From NCBI GenBank assembly GCA_947259115.1, contig CAMYKS010000004.1:66810-130809 (forward strand): a stretch of 64,000 bases of DNA. The letters run 5' to 3'. The DNA is from an uncultured Desulfobulbaceae bacterium (GTDB lineage Bacteria > Desulfobacterota > Desulfobulbia > Desulfobulbales > BM004). A program made the position numbers and the translations under genes. The notes beneath the pieces were generated by a model, which saw only the letters and a program-made list of their open reading frames with translations, did no database searches and was not told the origin of the DNA. Positions 7,427 to 15,856 of the stretch are shown here, piece by piece. The stretch's first letter is position 1, and every line of letters starts with the position of its first letter.

Positions 7427-9775
7427 GTGACTGACATGATCCTTTCATTGAGAACAACCAGTTATACTGCAGCAATCTTTGTGGCATTGATCCTCGGTTT
7501 TCTCTTATTGCTCGGTTCGCGGCAATACAGGTCCCATAAAGAATATGCAAGCATCATTGAACAGAATGAAAAGGTCATTTTTCAATTTGCCACCATCAGG
7601 GAGCATATAACCGAATCACTCCTGGAAAACCGCCTTCAGCAGCTCAACAGCATTACAAATGAAATTGAAAACTTAAATGTAAATATTTCACAGATACTGC
7701 AGCAACCGATCATCCCAGATGAGTACAGGCTGTCATTTGCCGGCCAGGTTGACTTTGCAGGCATCATTCTTTTACTCCGAAGCATAGGCTCGGGTGACCA
7801 GCCCCTGTCAAAGATCCGCCTGCTCAACCAGGAAATACGCATTTTGGGTGAACGGCTGATGCTGTTCGACAGGGTTATTGTAGATCATGTAAAAAGAAAG
7901 CTTGTCGGTTTTCAGAATTTTGTCATAGGACTCCTGGCCATCATCCTTTTTATTGTCATCTATATTTTACTCTTCTGGCACGGCCAAATTGCCATGCCGC
8001 TCATTGACCTTGTAAAGCAAGCCAGGGAAGTAACTTCCGGGAAACGCTCTACCCTGTCCGTACGAAAAAAAAGGGGCGAGGTGGCTGAGCTGGCAGGATC
8101 ATTCCAGAATCTCCTGTCACAACAAAACAGGACATCCAGTGAAATTGCACGTTACAACAGGGTATTGGAAATGGTCCATAATGTTAGCGCATCCGTTTGG
8201 CAGGCTAAAACCAGGGATGCCGTCTTTATCGAAGCATGCCGGGGTGTGCTGCACAACAGCGATTACGGCCTGGTATGGATCGGTATCCCAGGGGAAGACA
8301 AGCGGATTCTGCCTGTCATTGCAGATGGTTCAACGACCATGAACCGTCAGGAGCAGGATGAATGCATGACCGCCCTGCTCACAGCCGCTGAAGAAAATAC
8401 TGAAAAATATGATGCAGCCCATAAGGCTTTAGAGAAAAAATCACCTGTGATCCTACGTGATATTCTGGCTGGATTACCCAAGGGCCCCTTCAAAAACACA
8501 CCTTTTGCAAACAGCGAGCCTCACTGTATAGCTCTGCCCCTTGTATACGACCAGCAGATATTTGGAGTCATGAACATATACTCCAATACCACTCAGGGCT
8601 TTTCTGAGGAAGAAATTGAACTTCTGAAAGGCATGAGCCGCGAGATTGTTTTTGCTATATTTGCCCTGGCAGCCAAAGAGTCAGACAAGACATTGGCGCG
8701 TCTGCAGGCTGCCAGAAAAAAAGTCTTTGAAAACAATCCTGATCTTATTCTTGTTATCAGAAACAACGGCACCATTGTCGAGGCAAACCCCACTGCAGAG
8801 GCTGAACTGGGAAACAACACCAATGAAGTTATCGGCTCAAGTATTTATGACATTTTCCACGGCAGTCCCGATACTCCCCGTCAATTCCTGGATACCTTAA
8901 GCGCTGGCAGAGATACTGTTTCCCTTGAACTTCGTTGTTCCGGAACAGAATATACGGTTAGTCTCTCTTCCCTGAAAAATGAGCCCGGAGAAGATGATAC
9001 ATACCTTCTGATTGCCAGGGATAATACCGAACAAAAGGCCCACAAATATGAGACAATTAAGGCTTCAAAACTGGCTGCAATGGGTGAGCTTTCCGTTGGG
9101 GTGGCAAATGAGATAAACAACCTTACCAATGGCATTATCAACTATACCCAGATCCTGAGCGATGAAATTGAAGAAACCGCAGGCAACAATAACCAGTCTA
9201 TTGAATTATTGAAAAATGTTATAAAGGAAGGCGAAAGAATTTCGCAGATTGTCCAGCAGCTCCTCTTCTTCAATGGGAATCGCTCCCAGACAAAAGAAGC
9301 TTTTAAGATAAACAAAATAATTGAAGACTCCCTGGCGCTTACCAAAAATCAGTTCAGATATGACGCAATTGATGTCATACTTCGTTTTCCGGATGATGTC
9401 CCTTCCGTCAAGGTGAATGTCCAGGAAATGCAGCATATATTTCTAAACCTCTTGAGCAATGCAAGATATGCCCTTAATCAGCGCTACCCAGGCCAGCACC
9501 CGGAAAAACGCATTGAAATATTTGCAGAGATAACCGGCCTGAATGGACAGCAGCGCCTAAAGGTTGTATGCACCGATTTTGGCGTCGGTATTCACCCAAA
9601 CATCATTACCAAGGTATTTGAACCTTTCTTCTCGACCAAACCTGAAGGAGTAGGCACAGGCCTTGGTCTCTCCATTTGCCGCAGTATTGTTGAAGACGAT
9701 AACGGTACGCTCGAAATTGAAAGTACCCTGGATGACCATACCTCCATAATCATGGAACTGCCTGTCGCTCCATAA
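7427..9775 (+). CDS. Membrane sensor histidine-kinase-like protein HK1 (2 TM, HAMP-like, GAF, PAS, DHp, HATPase_c) with a degenerate H-box
   Basis: N-box LLSNARYAL, G-boxes DFGVGI and GTGLGLSI. The H-box reads ELSVGVANEINN, with Asn where the paralogues have His. The start may be GTG 7427 or ATG 7436. Confidence 0.85.
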   Translation: MTDMILSLRTTSYTAAIFVALILGFLLLLGSRQYRSHKEYASIIEQNEKVIFQFATIREHITESLLENRLQQLNSITNEIENLNVNISQILQQPIIPDEYRLSFAGQVDFAGIILLLRSIGSGDQPLSKIRLLNQEIRILGERLMLFDRVIVDHVKRKLVGFQNFVIGLLAIILFIVIYILLFWHGQIAMPLIDLVKQAREVTSGKRSTLSVRKKRGEVAELAGSFQNLLSQQNRTSSEIARYNRVLEMVHNVSASVWQAKTRDAVFIEACRGVLHNSDYGLVWIGIPGEDKRILPVIADGSTTMNRQEQDECMTALLTAAEENTEKYDAAHKALEKKSPVILRDILAGLPKGPFKNTPFANSEPHCIALPLVYDQQIFGVMNIYSNTTQGFSEEEIELLKGMSREIVFAIFALAAKESDKTLARLQAARKKVFENNPDLILVIRNNGTIVEANPTAEAELGNNTNEVIGSSIYDIFHGSPDTPRQFLDTLSAGRDTVSLELRCSGTEYTVSLSSLKNEPGEDDTYLLIARDNTEQKAHKYETIKASKLAAMGELSVGVANEINNLTNGIINYTQILSDEIEETAGNNNQSIELLKNVIKEGERISQIVQQLLFFNGNRSQTKEAFKINKIIEDSLALTKNQFRYDAIDVILRFPDDVPSVKVNVQEMQHIFLNLLSNARYALNQRYPGQHPEKRIEIFAEITGLNGQQRLKVVCTDFGVGIHPNIITKVFEPFFSTKPEGVGTGLGLSICRSIVEDDNGTLEIESTLDDHTSIIMELPVAP

Positions 9776-9933
9776 CCCGGGAATCCGGCAATATTCGTTG
9801 ATCACCTTCTATAGTATTTCCTGCCTTCCAGTGCCTTACACATTATCTGCTTATCATGATAAAACAAGCAACCCGGACTGCATCTTTTCATTTCAGCTTG
9901 CCAATCATAATGTTCCGACACTACCAGCAAATA

Positions 9934-10006
9934 TGTTGCATGCAACGTATTTGCGCCACAATATCGTAGCATGCAACACCCGGTGCAACACTTGACAGCT
10001 GCAACA
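9934..10006. promoter_or_regulatory. Putative enhancer (UAS) cluster 2
   Basis: TGTTGCATGCAAC palindrome at 9934-9946, plus three further TGCAACA(C) half-sites at 9972, 9984 and 10000. The cluster lies about 210 bp upstream of P2. The intervening DNA is extremely A-rich. Confidence 0.55.
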
Positions 10007-10170
10007 AATAGTACAAAACCGAAAATTGTTTCAAGATTAGAAGCAACTAAACATTCAATAAATAATATTAACAAAATCAGACGAATACAAACTAAACAAG
10101 CAAATAAAAACACAAACAATCGAGCTTTCAAAAAGTCATTTATCAAAAAAAACGACAAAAGAAATGAATG

Positions 10171-10186
10171 TGGCACCATTTCTGCA
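10171..10186 (+). promoter_or_regulatory. Sigma54 (-24/-12) promoter P2
   Basis: TGGCAC-CATTT-CTGCA has exact GG-N10-GC spacing. It lies 83 nt upstream of the ATG at 10269. Confidence 0.7.
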
Positions 10187-10268
10187 ATAAAAAAGACAAA
10201 GAACATAATGAGGAATACAAATACAGTTAATTTTATAAAAAAAAAATAAACAAATAAGGAGGCCAGTC

Positions 10269-10448
10269 ATGACTAATGCAATCGACACCACCCAGGAAAG
10301 AATCAATACAGTTACCCAGGAAAATGCTGAAACCCAAAAAACAGAAATGAGTAAGGCGGAAATCTGTTTTGGAGCCCTCATGGCAATTGCTGCCATTGCA
10401 GGAATGTGGGGTGTTGTCTCCCTGCTTATTTCATTCTTCCTGAAATAA
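10269..10448 (+). CDS. Small membrane protein, family A-related singleton (59 aa; below the ORF-track cutoff)
   Basis: Manual translation: MTNAIDTTQERINTVTQENAETQKTEMSKAEICFGALMAIAAIAGMWGVVSLLISFFLK. SD AAGGAGG lies 6 nt upstream. It shares QER at residues 9-11 and the TM motif A-x-x-G-x-W-G with the 75-aa proteins. It has its own sigma54 promoter and terminator. Confidence 0.72.
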   Translation: MTNAIDTTQERINTVTQENAETQKTEMSKAEICFGALMAIAAIAGMWGVVSLLISFFLK

Positions 10449-10480
10449 ACAAAAAATTACAAATAATAGTACATCATTAA

Positions 10481-10526
10481 CCCATAAAGACTTCTGCTTC
10501 AGCAGGAGTCTTCATGGGTTTTTTTA
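10481..10526 (+). terminator. Intrinsic terminator
   Basis: CCCATAAAGACTTCTGC / GCAGGAGTCTTCATGGG stem (2 mismatches) followed by a T7 run. Confidence 0.8.
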
Positions 10527-10652
10527 TTATTTTTTTTTAAAAAACTTTTTTCACTTTAAATTACTAAATTGCATTTGATAATTCTTCCATATAATCAGCA
10601 TAATATTTATTAATTCATATAAAATTATTTTTCTCTATTAATACCACGTTTA

Positions 10653-10680
10653 TGTTGCAACAAAAATGTTGCATGCCACA
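10653..10680. promoter_or_regulatory. Putative enhancer (UAS) cluster 3
   Basis: TGTTGCAACA (10653-10662, palindrome) and TGTTGCATGCCACA (10667-10680, near-palindrome). The cluster lies about 330 bp upstream of P3. Confidence 0.5.
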
Positions 10681-10992
10681 CAAGTGCTACACACGCCACA
10701 GTTCCTGCACCATTTCAGTAAATAATATTTTATATACATAATTTCAATTAGTTACAATTATATATTGGGACAAAATGTGGCTGAATATACCGTCTTATTT
10801 ACTTTAAACATCAGTACTTATATTAAGAACATTCCGTATAATTACCGGACATTAAAATTTATTAGACAATAATTATTTCCAATTTTATATTATTATACTA
10901 TTGAAATAATAGAATAAAATTTTATGAAATCATTTTAGCCCACTCCCTGTTTCATGTCTTCCTTAGGAACAAAATTACAATAATTATTTTTA

Positions 10993-11008
10993 TGGCACGA
11001 TTTATGCT
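10993..11008 (+). promoter_or_regulatory. Sigma54 (-24/-12) promoter P3
   Basis: TGGCAC-GATTT-ATGCT has exact GG-N10-GC spacing. It lies 75 nt upstream of the ATG at 11083. Confidence 0.72.
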
Positions 11009-11082
11009 TCAATATATTACAAGAAGATAATGCAGAGATACAAAGCTGAATTCTGACAACCATACAAATAAGGAGAAAAGCC

Positions 11083-11310
11083 ATGCTGAGCGAACATAAA
11101 ATTTCAAAAGGACAGGTTACAACCTTTGCCGGTAATGCTGAAATCTCCGACCTCCAAATGGGAAACTCAAGATTTGGTATCGGCGTTATATTAATCATGG
11201 CTGGTTTTGTTGGTGCCTGGGGCTTTGTATGTCTCATTAACGGCATAGCACAAACCCAGAGTATACAGGAATTAGGTCGTGGCATCTTCACAGCGTTTAC
11301 AGGAATATAG
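11083..11310 (+). CDS. Small membrane protein, family A (75 aa), copy 2
   Basis: SD AAGGAGA. Collinear with 3699..3926 with no gaps (GNSRFGIGVILIMAGFVGAWGFVCLINGI, C-terminal FTAFTGI). Confidence 0.8.
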   Translation: MLSEHKISKGQVTTFAGNAEISDLQMGNSRFGIGVILIMAGFVGAWGFVCLINGIAQTQSIQELGRGIFTAFTGI

Positions 11311-11353
11311 GAAGAAATTATTTCATTTAACCATAACTACTCAGGAGGACAAA

Positions 11354-11668
11354 ATGTCAAAAAGAGAAACCACTACTAAAAGCATGACCGTATTCAAATT
11401 CGCATCCATCTTTCTTGGATCACTCATTACAATCTGGTCAAGTGCTTCCATCTTAAGCGGTCTGGCCCAGGCAAACTGGCAGGTATCAGAATTGCTCCGC
11501 CAGTATCTTATCACTGTAGGCCTGATGCAGGAATTTCACACCCTGTCAGACTTCTACACTCATATCAAAGGAGTTGAATACATCATTGCTGCCATGTTTC
11601 TTGGTGCCTTCCCTGCATTCTACGCATACCTGAATAAACAACCGGCTGAAGAAATGGCTGCTGAATAA
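11354..11668 (+). CDS. Small membrane protein, family B (104 aa), copy 2
   Basis: Start moved to the ATG at 11354 (SD AGGAGG), internal to track ORF 11279. The stretch HTLSDFYTHIKGVEYIIAAMFLGAFPAFY is 100% identical to copy 1 despite 13 synonymous DNA changes. Confidence 0.82.
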   Translation: MSKRETTTKSMTVFKFASIFLGSLITIWSSASILSGLAQANWQVSELLRQYLITVGLMQEFHTLSDFYTHIKGVEYIIAAMFLGAFPAFYAYLNKQPAEEMAAE

Positions 11669-11691
11669 ACTGACTCTACATCTGTAAAAAA

Positions 11692-11723
11692 CCTGGCCGC
11701 TAAAATTAACGGCCAGGTTTTTT
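11692..11723 (+). terminator. Intrinsic terminator
   Basis: CCTGGCCG / CGGCCAGG stem followed by a T6 run. Confidence 0.85.
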
Positions 11724-11978
11724 CATGTAATAATCACACTCGTTACAACCGTTTTGTTTTTTAAAAAAACCATTATTGCGTTATTCCTTTTATTCATACT
11801 CCAACTGCGTGGGTGGAATTGCAAAATTATCTTTATGCTTGGGAATATTCTGTTATATTCATTTTATTTTGTTTTTTGTGACCGAATGAATACATATCAA
11901 ACTGTGATGCAGTCCCTGTTTTATTTGCTATTCGAGCTTGACTGACAAAATTTCAACCTGCACCATTTTGCAAAGACT

Positions 11979-12857
11979 ATGAAGAAAAGATGCTTTTCCT
12001 TCTCCTTATGGCTCCTGCTCATGGGCTTAACTTCGTTAAGCTGCGCTGAACAGAATCTAACGGTAATGCCGGCATCGGAACCTCCGGTAATTGACGGACT
12101 CGCCACCGATCCTGCCTGGCAAAATGCTCCTGCTGTTTCAACAACTGACAAGGCCAATCTTCTGCCGATAATAATTAAAGCAGTATATACTGATACAGAG
12201 ATATTTTTTCTGGTCAGCTTTCCCGATCCTGATAAGTCGCTAACCCATAAAACATGGGTCTGGGACAAGGGGCGTCAAATCTATACGGTGGGTCATGACC
12301 GGGAAGATATTTTTATCTTCAAATGGAATATGGGCTCTAATCCTGTTGATATGAGTTTATACTCCGATACTGCTTACCACGCTGACATCTGGTTCTGGAA
12401 GGCATGCCGCACTGATGGAGTTGGCTATGCTGATGACAAGAGCCATACATACAGTCTGACAGAAGACCGGAATGCAACAACAATTGTTTCCCGAACAGGA
12501 GAAACCATGTATCTGTTACGGTCAGGTGACGATGGTGAGAGTGCTTACACTATCGACCTGATAAGCGATTATGGGGGTGATATGCTACCCCGCTATACTT
12601 TACGGCAGCCCACTGGAAGCAGAGGTGATGTCCGGGCCAAAGGTGCTTGGCTTAATGGCAGATGGACCATCGAGTTCAGGCGGAAACTGGTAACCGGCAA
12701 CGGGGATGATATCCAATTTACCCCTGGCAAAAAATACTTGTTCGGTATTTCCCGCTATGAAATTGCCGGCCGGAGCCATAATTCAAAACTATCCGACCCA
12801 TTTTACGGAACCGGTGATGTCAACGAAACCCTGTGGTTGGAATTCATTCAGCAATAG
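11979..12857 (+). CDS. Secreted DOMON / ethylbenzene-dehydrogenase-gamma-like (EB_dh) putative heme-binding domain protein
   Basis: Signal peptide MKKRCFSFSLWLLLMGLTSLSCA. The pattern VIDGLATDPAWQNAPA...IKAVYTDTEIFFLVSFPD...DIWFWKA resembles the EB_dh/CBM9-like fold. This is family recognition by eye only. Confidence 0.55.
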   Translation: MKKRCFSFSLWLLLMGLTSLSCAEQNLTVMPASEPPVIDGLATDPAWQNAPAVSTTDKANLLPIIIKAVYTDTEIFFLVSFPDPDKSLTHKTWVWDKGRQIYTVGHDREDIFIFKWNMGSNPVDMSLYSDTAYHADIWFWKACRTDGVGYADDKSHTYSLTEDRNATTIVSRTGETMYLLRSGDDGESAYTIDLISDYGGDMLPRYTLRQPTGSRGDVRAKGAWLNGRWTIEFRRKLVTGNGDDIQFTPGKKYLFGISRYEIAGRSHNSKLSDPFYGTGDVNETLWLEFIQQ

Positions 12858-12866
12858 TAATTACCA

Positions 12867-13796
12867 ATGACCTACATACATATTTCCATACTGCCTTTTT
12901 TGTTTTCAACCTTGCTCTTTACTTTTTTGTCCTTCCTGCCTGTGGCCGTTTGCCATGGCACTGAGACGCAGGCACAGGCAAGAGCTGAAAGAACTCTGCG
13001 TATGCTCCTTGTTCCCGAAAAAAACACCTTTGAACAACGCAGGCGGTACAAATATATCACCGACTACCTTTCCCGGAAGATGGAGATGAATGTCACTGTT
13101 GAAATCATGGCAAATTATGGGGAAATCAGTGTTGCTTTTCAGGAAGGAAGAGCCGATGCCGGGTTTTTCGGGAGTTTCAGCTATGCATTAACCCATGCCC
13201 AGACAGGCATTGAACCCCTTGTCAGGCCGGTATGGCTTGACGGGAACTCCACGTATCGGGGATATATTTTTGTTAGAAAAGACAGTGGCATCAGAACCGT
13301 TAAAGATATGAAAAACAAAAGCCTTGTTCTCGTTGATAGGGCAACAACCGCAGGCTATATATTTCAACGCTTTTATTTCAAGTACCACGGTATCGACAAC
13401 CTGGAGGATTATTTTTCAAGAATTTCCTATGCCCGCAGCCATGATGCTGCCGCCTGGGCTGTTTATACGGGAGAGGCTGATATAGGTGGTTGCAAAAATC
13501 ATATTTTCAATAGTTTTAAAGATGAATATCCTGACTTCAAAGAACAGATGATGGTTCTTGCCGAATCAGCGGAGGTACCTTCAAACGGTCTCGCTGTCCG
13601 CAAGGACCTCAACCCGGCCATAAAATTACGCCTGAGAACGCTGCTGCAGCACCTGCACGAATCCACAGAAGGCCGTGAAATATTGAAAAATTTTGGCGCA
13701 ACAAAATTTATTGCAACGAACAACGACGATTATTTCGTCCTTTATAATATGGTTAATGAATTGGGTATAGATCTTGAAGAATATTCCTTTAAATAG
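12867..13796 (+). CDS. PhnD-like (phosphonate-type) periplasmic substrate-binding protein
   Basis: Signal/TM segment, then LRMLLVPEKNTFEQRRRYKYITDYLS...GRADAGFFGSFSYAL, typical of the PhnD/Phosphonate-bd family. It lies directly upstream of a sensor kinase. Confidence 0.7.
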   Translation: MTYIHISILPFLFSTLLFTFLSFLPVAVCHGTETQAQARAERTLRMLLVPEKNTFEQRRRYKYITDYLSRKMEMNVTVEIMANYGEISVAFQEGRADAGFFGSFSYALTHAQTGIEPLVRPVWLDGNSTYRGYIFVRKDSGIRTVKDMKNKSLVLVDRATTAGYIFQRFYFKYHGIDNLEDYFSRISYARSHDAAAWAVYTGEADIGGCKNHIFNSFKDEYPDFKEQMMVLAESAEVPSNGLAVRKDLNPAIKLRLRTLLQHLHESTEGREILKNFGATKFIATNNDDYFVLYNMVNELGIDLEEYSFK

Positions 13797-13829
13797 TAAA
13801 TCGTTTTTTCTGCCACCTGGATTTAATCA

Positions 13830-15686
13830 ATGAACTTTTCGTTCCGCACAGCCAGAAATCTGGGCCTTTTCATACTATTGCTGATCATAATCATTGAGAG
13901 TATTTTTGCCTATATAACCATATCAGACAGCTCGGAACGCCTCACCTCCATTATCACAATCGATCAGGTTAAGTTGCGGCGCTGGTATGATGTTTCTGAG
14001 ATCATCGCCCATGCAAAAGACAGCCTTTACGACTACAGGCTGGGCCGCACTGATGTCGTTGCATCAATTGACCTGCTGGTCAATAAGGCCCTTAAAGAAA
14101 TAAATGAAATTAAAGTACTGGCAAAAGATCAGGAAGAACTTGCCAATATAGATGAAATCAGCCGGGCTGCGCAAAAGTTCAAACAGGCAGTGTATGCCTT
14201 CGAAACAGAGGTGCATGAAGGTTACCGGGGTGGATCCTCAGCTCGGGAAATGGAAGATATTGCGGTACGGGAAGCAGACCGTATAGCAACCCTGGGTCGA
14301 GAGGCGGCAACCTATGTCAGTAAACGCATAGAAGAAAAAAATACAGCGATTTTAGATATTTCAATATTTTCCCGCAAGATGCTGACCCTGGTCCTGTTTA
14401 TAGCCATTCTCGCTACCATCATTAATGCCTATTTCATGGCACGTGCCCTGGGAAAACCAATAACGCAGCTAGTTGAAGGCACCAACCGCCTGGCCGAAGG
14501 CGACTTGACCCATCGGGTCAGCGTGCATTCCAGGGACGAGATCGGTCAGCTGGCCGCATCGTTCAACAAAATGGCTGAAAAACTGAAAAAATCCAGGCAG
14601 GAACTTCTTGCTGCAAAGGCCTACACCGATAACGTAATACGCTCCATGAGCAACTCTCTCCTGGTAGTGAATAAAAACCAGACGATCAGGGCGGCCAACC
14701 AGGCCACCTATGACCTGCTCGGCTATACGAGAGAGGAATTGATCGGCAAACCATTTTCACTTATTTTTGCTGCAGGGTATTACGGCGGCATCGGACTTGA
14801 TGATCTCATCAATAAAGGCTTCACAAAAAACGTGGAAACAACCTATCTGACCAAGTACGGCGAAATAGTCCGCATGCTTTTGACCGCCTCGGTCATTTTC
14901 AATGAAGAAGGCTCGTTTGAAGGCATTGTCTGTGTTGCCCAGGATATTACCATGCAGACTGAAACAATGCGGGCCGGACATTTGGCTTCAATCGGTGAAT
15001 TGGCAGCAGGTGTAGCCCACGAAATCAACAACCCCATCAACAGCATAATTAACTTCGCCCAAATCATGATTGATGAATTACAGCGAGGAGAAATTCCTGT
15101 TGAAGAAATCCCACAGAGAATCATCAGGGAAGGTGACCGGGTCGCAAGCATTGTCAGCAGCCTGCTTTCTTTTGCCCGCGAAGATGAAAAGGAAAGAAAG
15201 CCCATTGATGTCCGCGACGTCCTCGATGAAGTCCTGGCCCTTACAGAGGCCCAGATTATTAAAGATGGCATCAACCTGAACGTGGATTTTCCTGCCGGAC
15301 TCCATAAAGTACTTGCAGATTTTCAACAGGTTGAACAGGTATTTTTGAATATAATCAACAATGCCCGTTACGCCTTAAACCAAAAACATCCCAAAGCCCA
15401 TCCCAAGAAAAACTTTATCATCCAAGCCAACGAAGAAACAATTGACGATACACTTTTTCTTGAAGTTACTTTTCTGGATAGCGGCACCGGCATTCCCGCT
15501 GAAATTATCGACAGGTTATACAATCCATTCTTCTCCACAAAACCTTCCGGCATAGGCACCGGGCTTGGTCTTGCCATCAGCCATGGGATCATTACCGACC
15601 ATGGCGGCAAACTTACTTTAAAAAGCAGTTACGGGGAGTATGCCCAGGTAACTATCCAACTGCCGGTTATTGTTGAAAACGGATGA
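13830..15686 (+). CDS. Membrane sensor histidine kinase HK2 (periplasmic helical sensor, HAMP, PAS, HisKA, HATPase_c)
   Basis: HAMP: LAEGDLTHRVSVHSRDEIGQLAASFNKM. H-box: GELAAGVAHEINNP. N-box: IINNARYAL. G2: GTGLGLAISHG. Confidence 0.92.
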   Translation: MNFSFRTARNLGLFILLLIIIIESIFAYITISDSSERLTSIITIDQVKLRRWYDVSEIIAHAKDSLYDYRLGRTDVVASIDLLVNKALKEINEIKVLAKDQEELANIDEISRAAQKFKQAVYAFETEVHEGYRGGSSAREMEDIAVREADRIATLGREAATYVSKRIEEKNTAILDISIFSRKMLTLVLFIAILATIINAYFMARALGKPITQLVEGTNRLAEGDLTHRVSVHSRDEIGQLAASFNKMAEKLKKSRQELLAAKAYTDNVIRSMSNSLLVVNKNQTIRAANQATYDLLGYTREELIGKPFSLIFAAGYYGGIGLDDLINKGFTKNVETTYLTKYGEIVRMLLTASVIFNEEGSFEGIVCVAQDITMQTETMRAGHLASIGELAAGVAHEINNPINSIINFAQIMIDELQRGEIPVEEIPQRIIREGDRVASIVSSLLSFAREDEKERKPIDVRDVLDEVLALTEAQIIKDGINLNVDFPAGLHKVLADFQQVEQVFLNIINNARYALNQKHPKAHPKKNFIIQANEETIDDTLFLEVTFLDSGTGIPAEIIDRLYNPFFSTKPSGIGTGLGLAISHGIITDHGGKLTLKSSYGEYAQVTIQLPVIVENG

Positions 15687-15856
15687 ACCTCATAATGCAA
15701 TTCGAAGACCCGGCTCTCAAAATTACTGCTGATCATGCGGGCCCATATGAAAACTCATTGAACTTCTGTCATTTTGCAGCTTTCTACAACCCTTACGCAA
15801 TGATTTATTGGGGGTGCATGTGAAGGTTTTTCCGGATATGCAGAATTCAACTTATC

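Noticed and set aside
7171-7434. 87-aa and 66-aa ORFs between the NrfD gene and HK1
   Set aside because: They span the 15-bp perfect inverted repeat, have no SD, and give an implausible Pro/Cys-rich peptide. The interval is more likely non-coding.
9802-10249. Overlapping ORFs (134 aa minus, 92 aa plus) between HK1 and the 59-aa gene
   Set aside because: The DNA is extremely A-rich and low-complexity, and the peptides are Lys/Asn/Ile or Phe/Leu strings. The region contains the UAS cluster and the sigma54 promoter P2.
11958-11972. Sigma54-promoter-like CTGCACCATTTTGCA just upstream of the DOMON-like gene
   Set aside because: It resembles P2 (GGCACCATTTCTGCA) but has TG instead of GG at -24 and is one nucleotide short in the spacer. 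It also lies only about 7 nt before the ATG. It is probably a degenerate relic or chance similarity.
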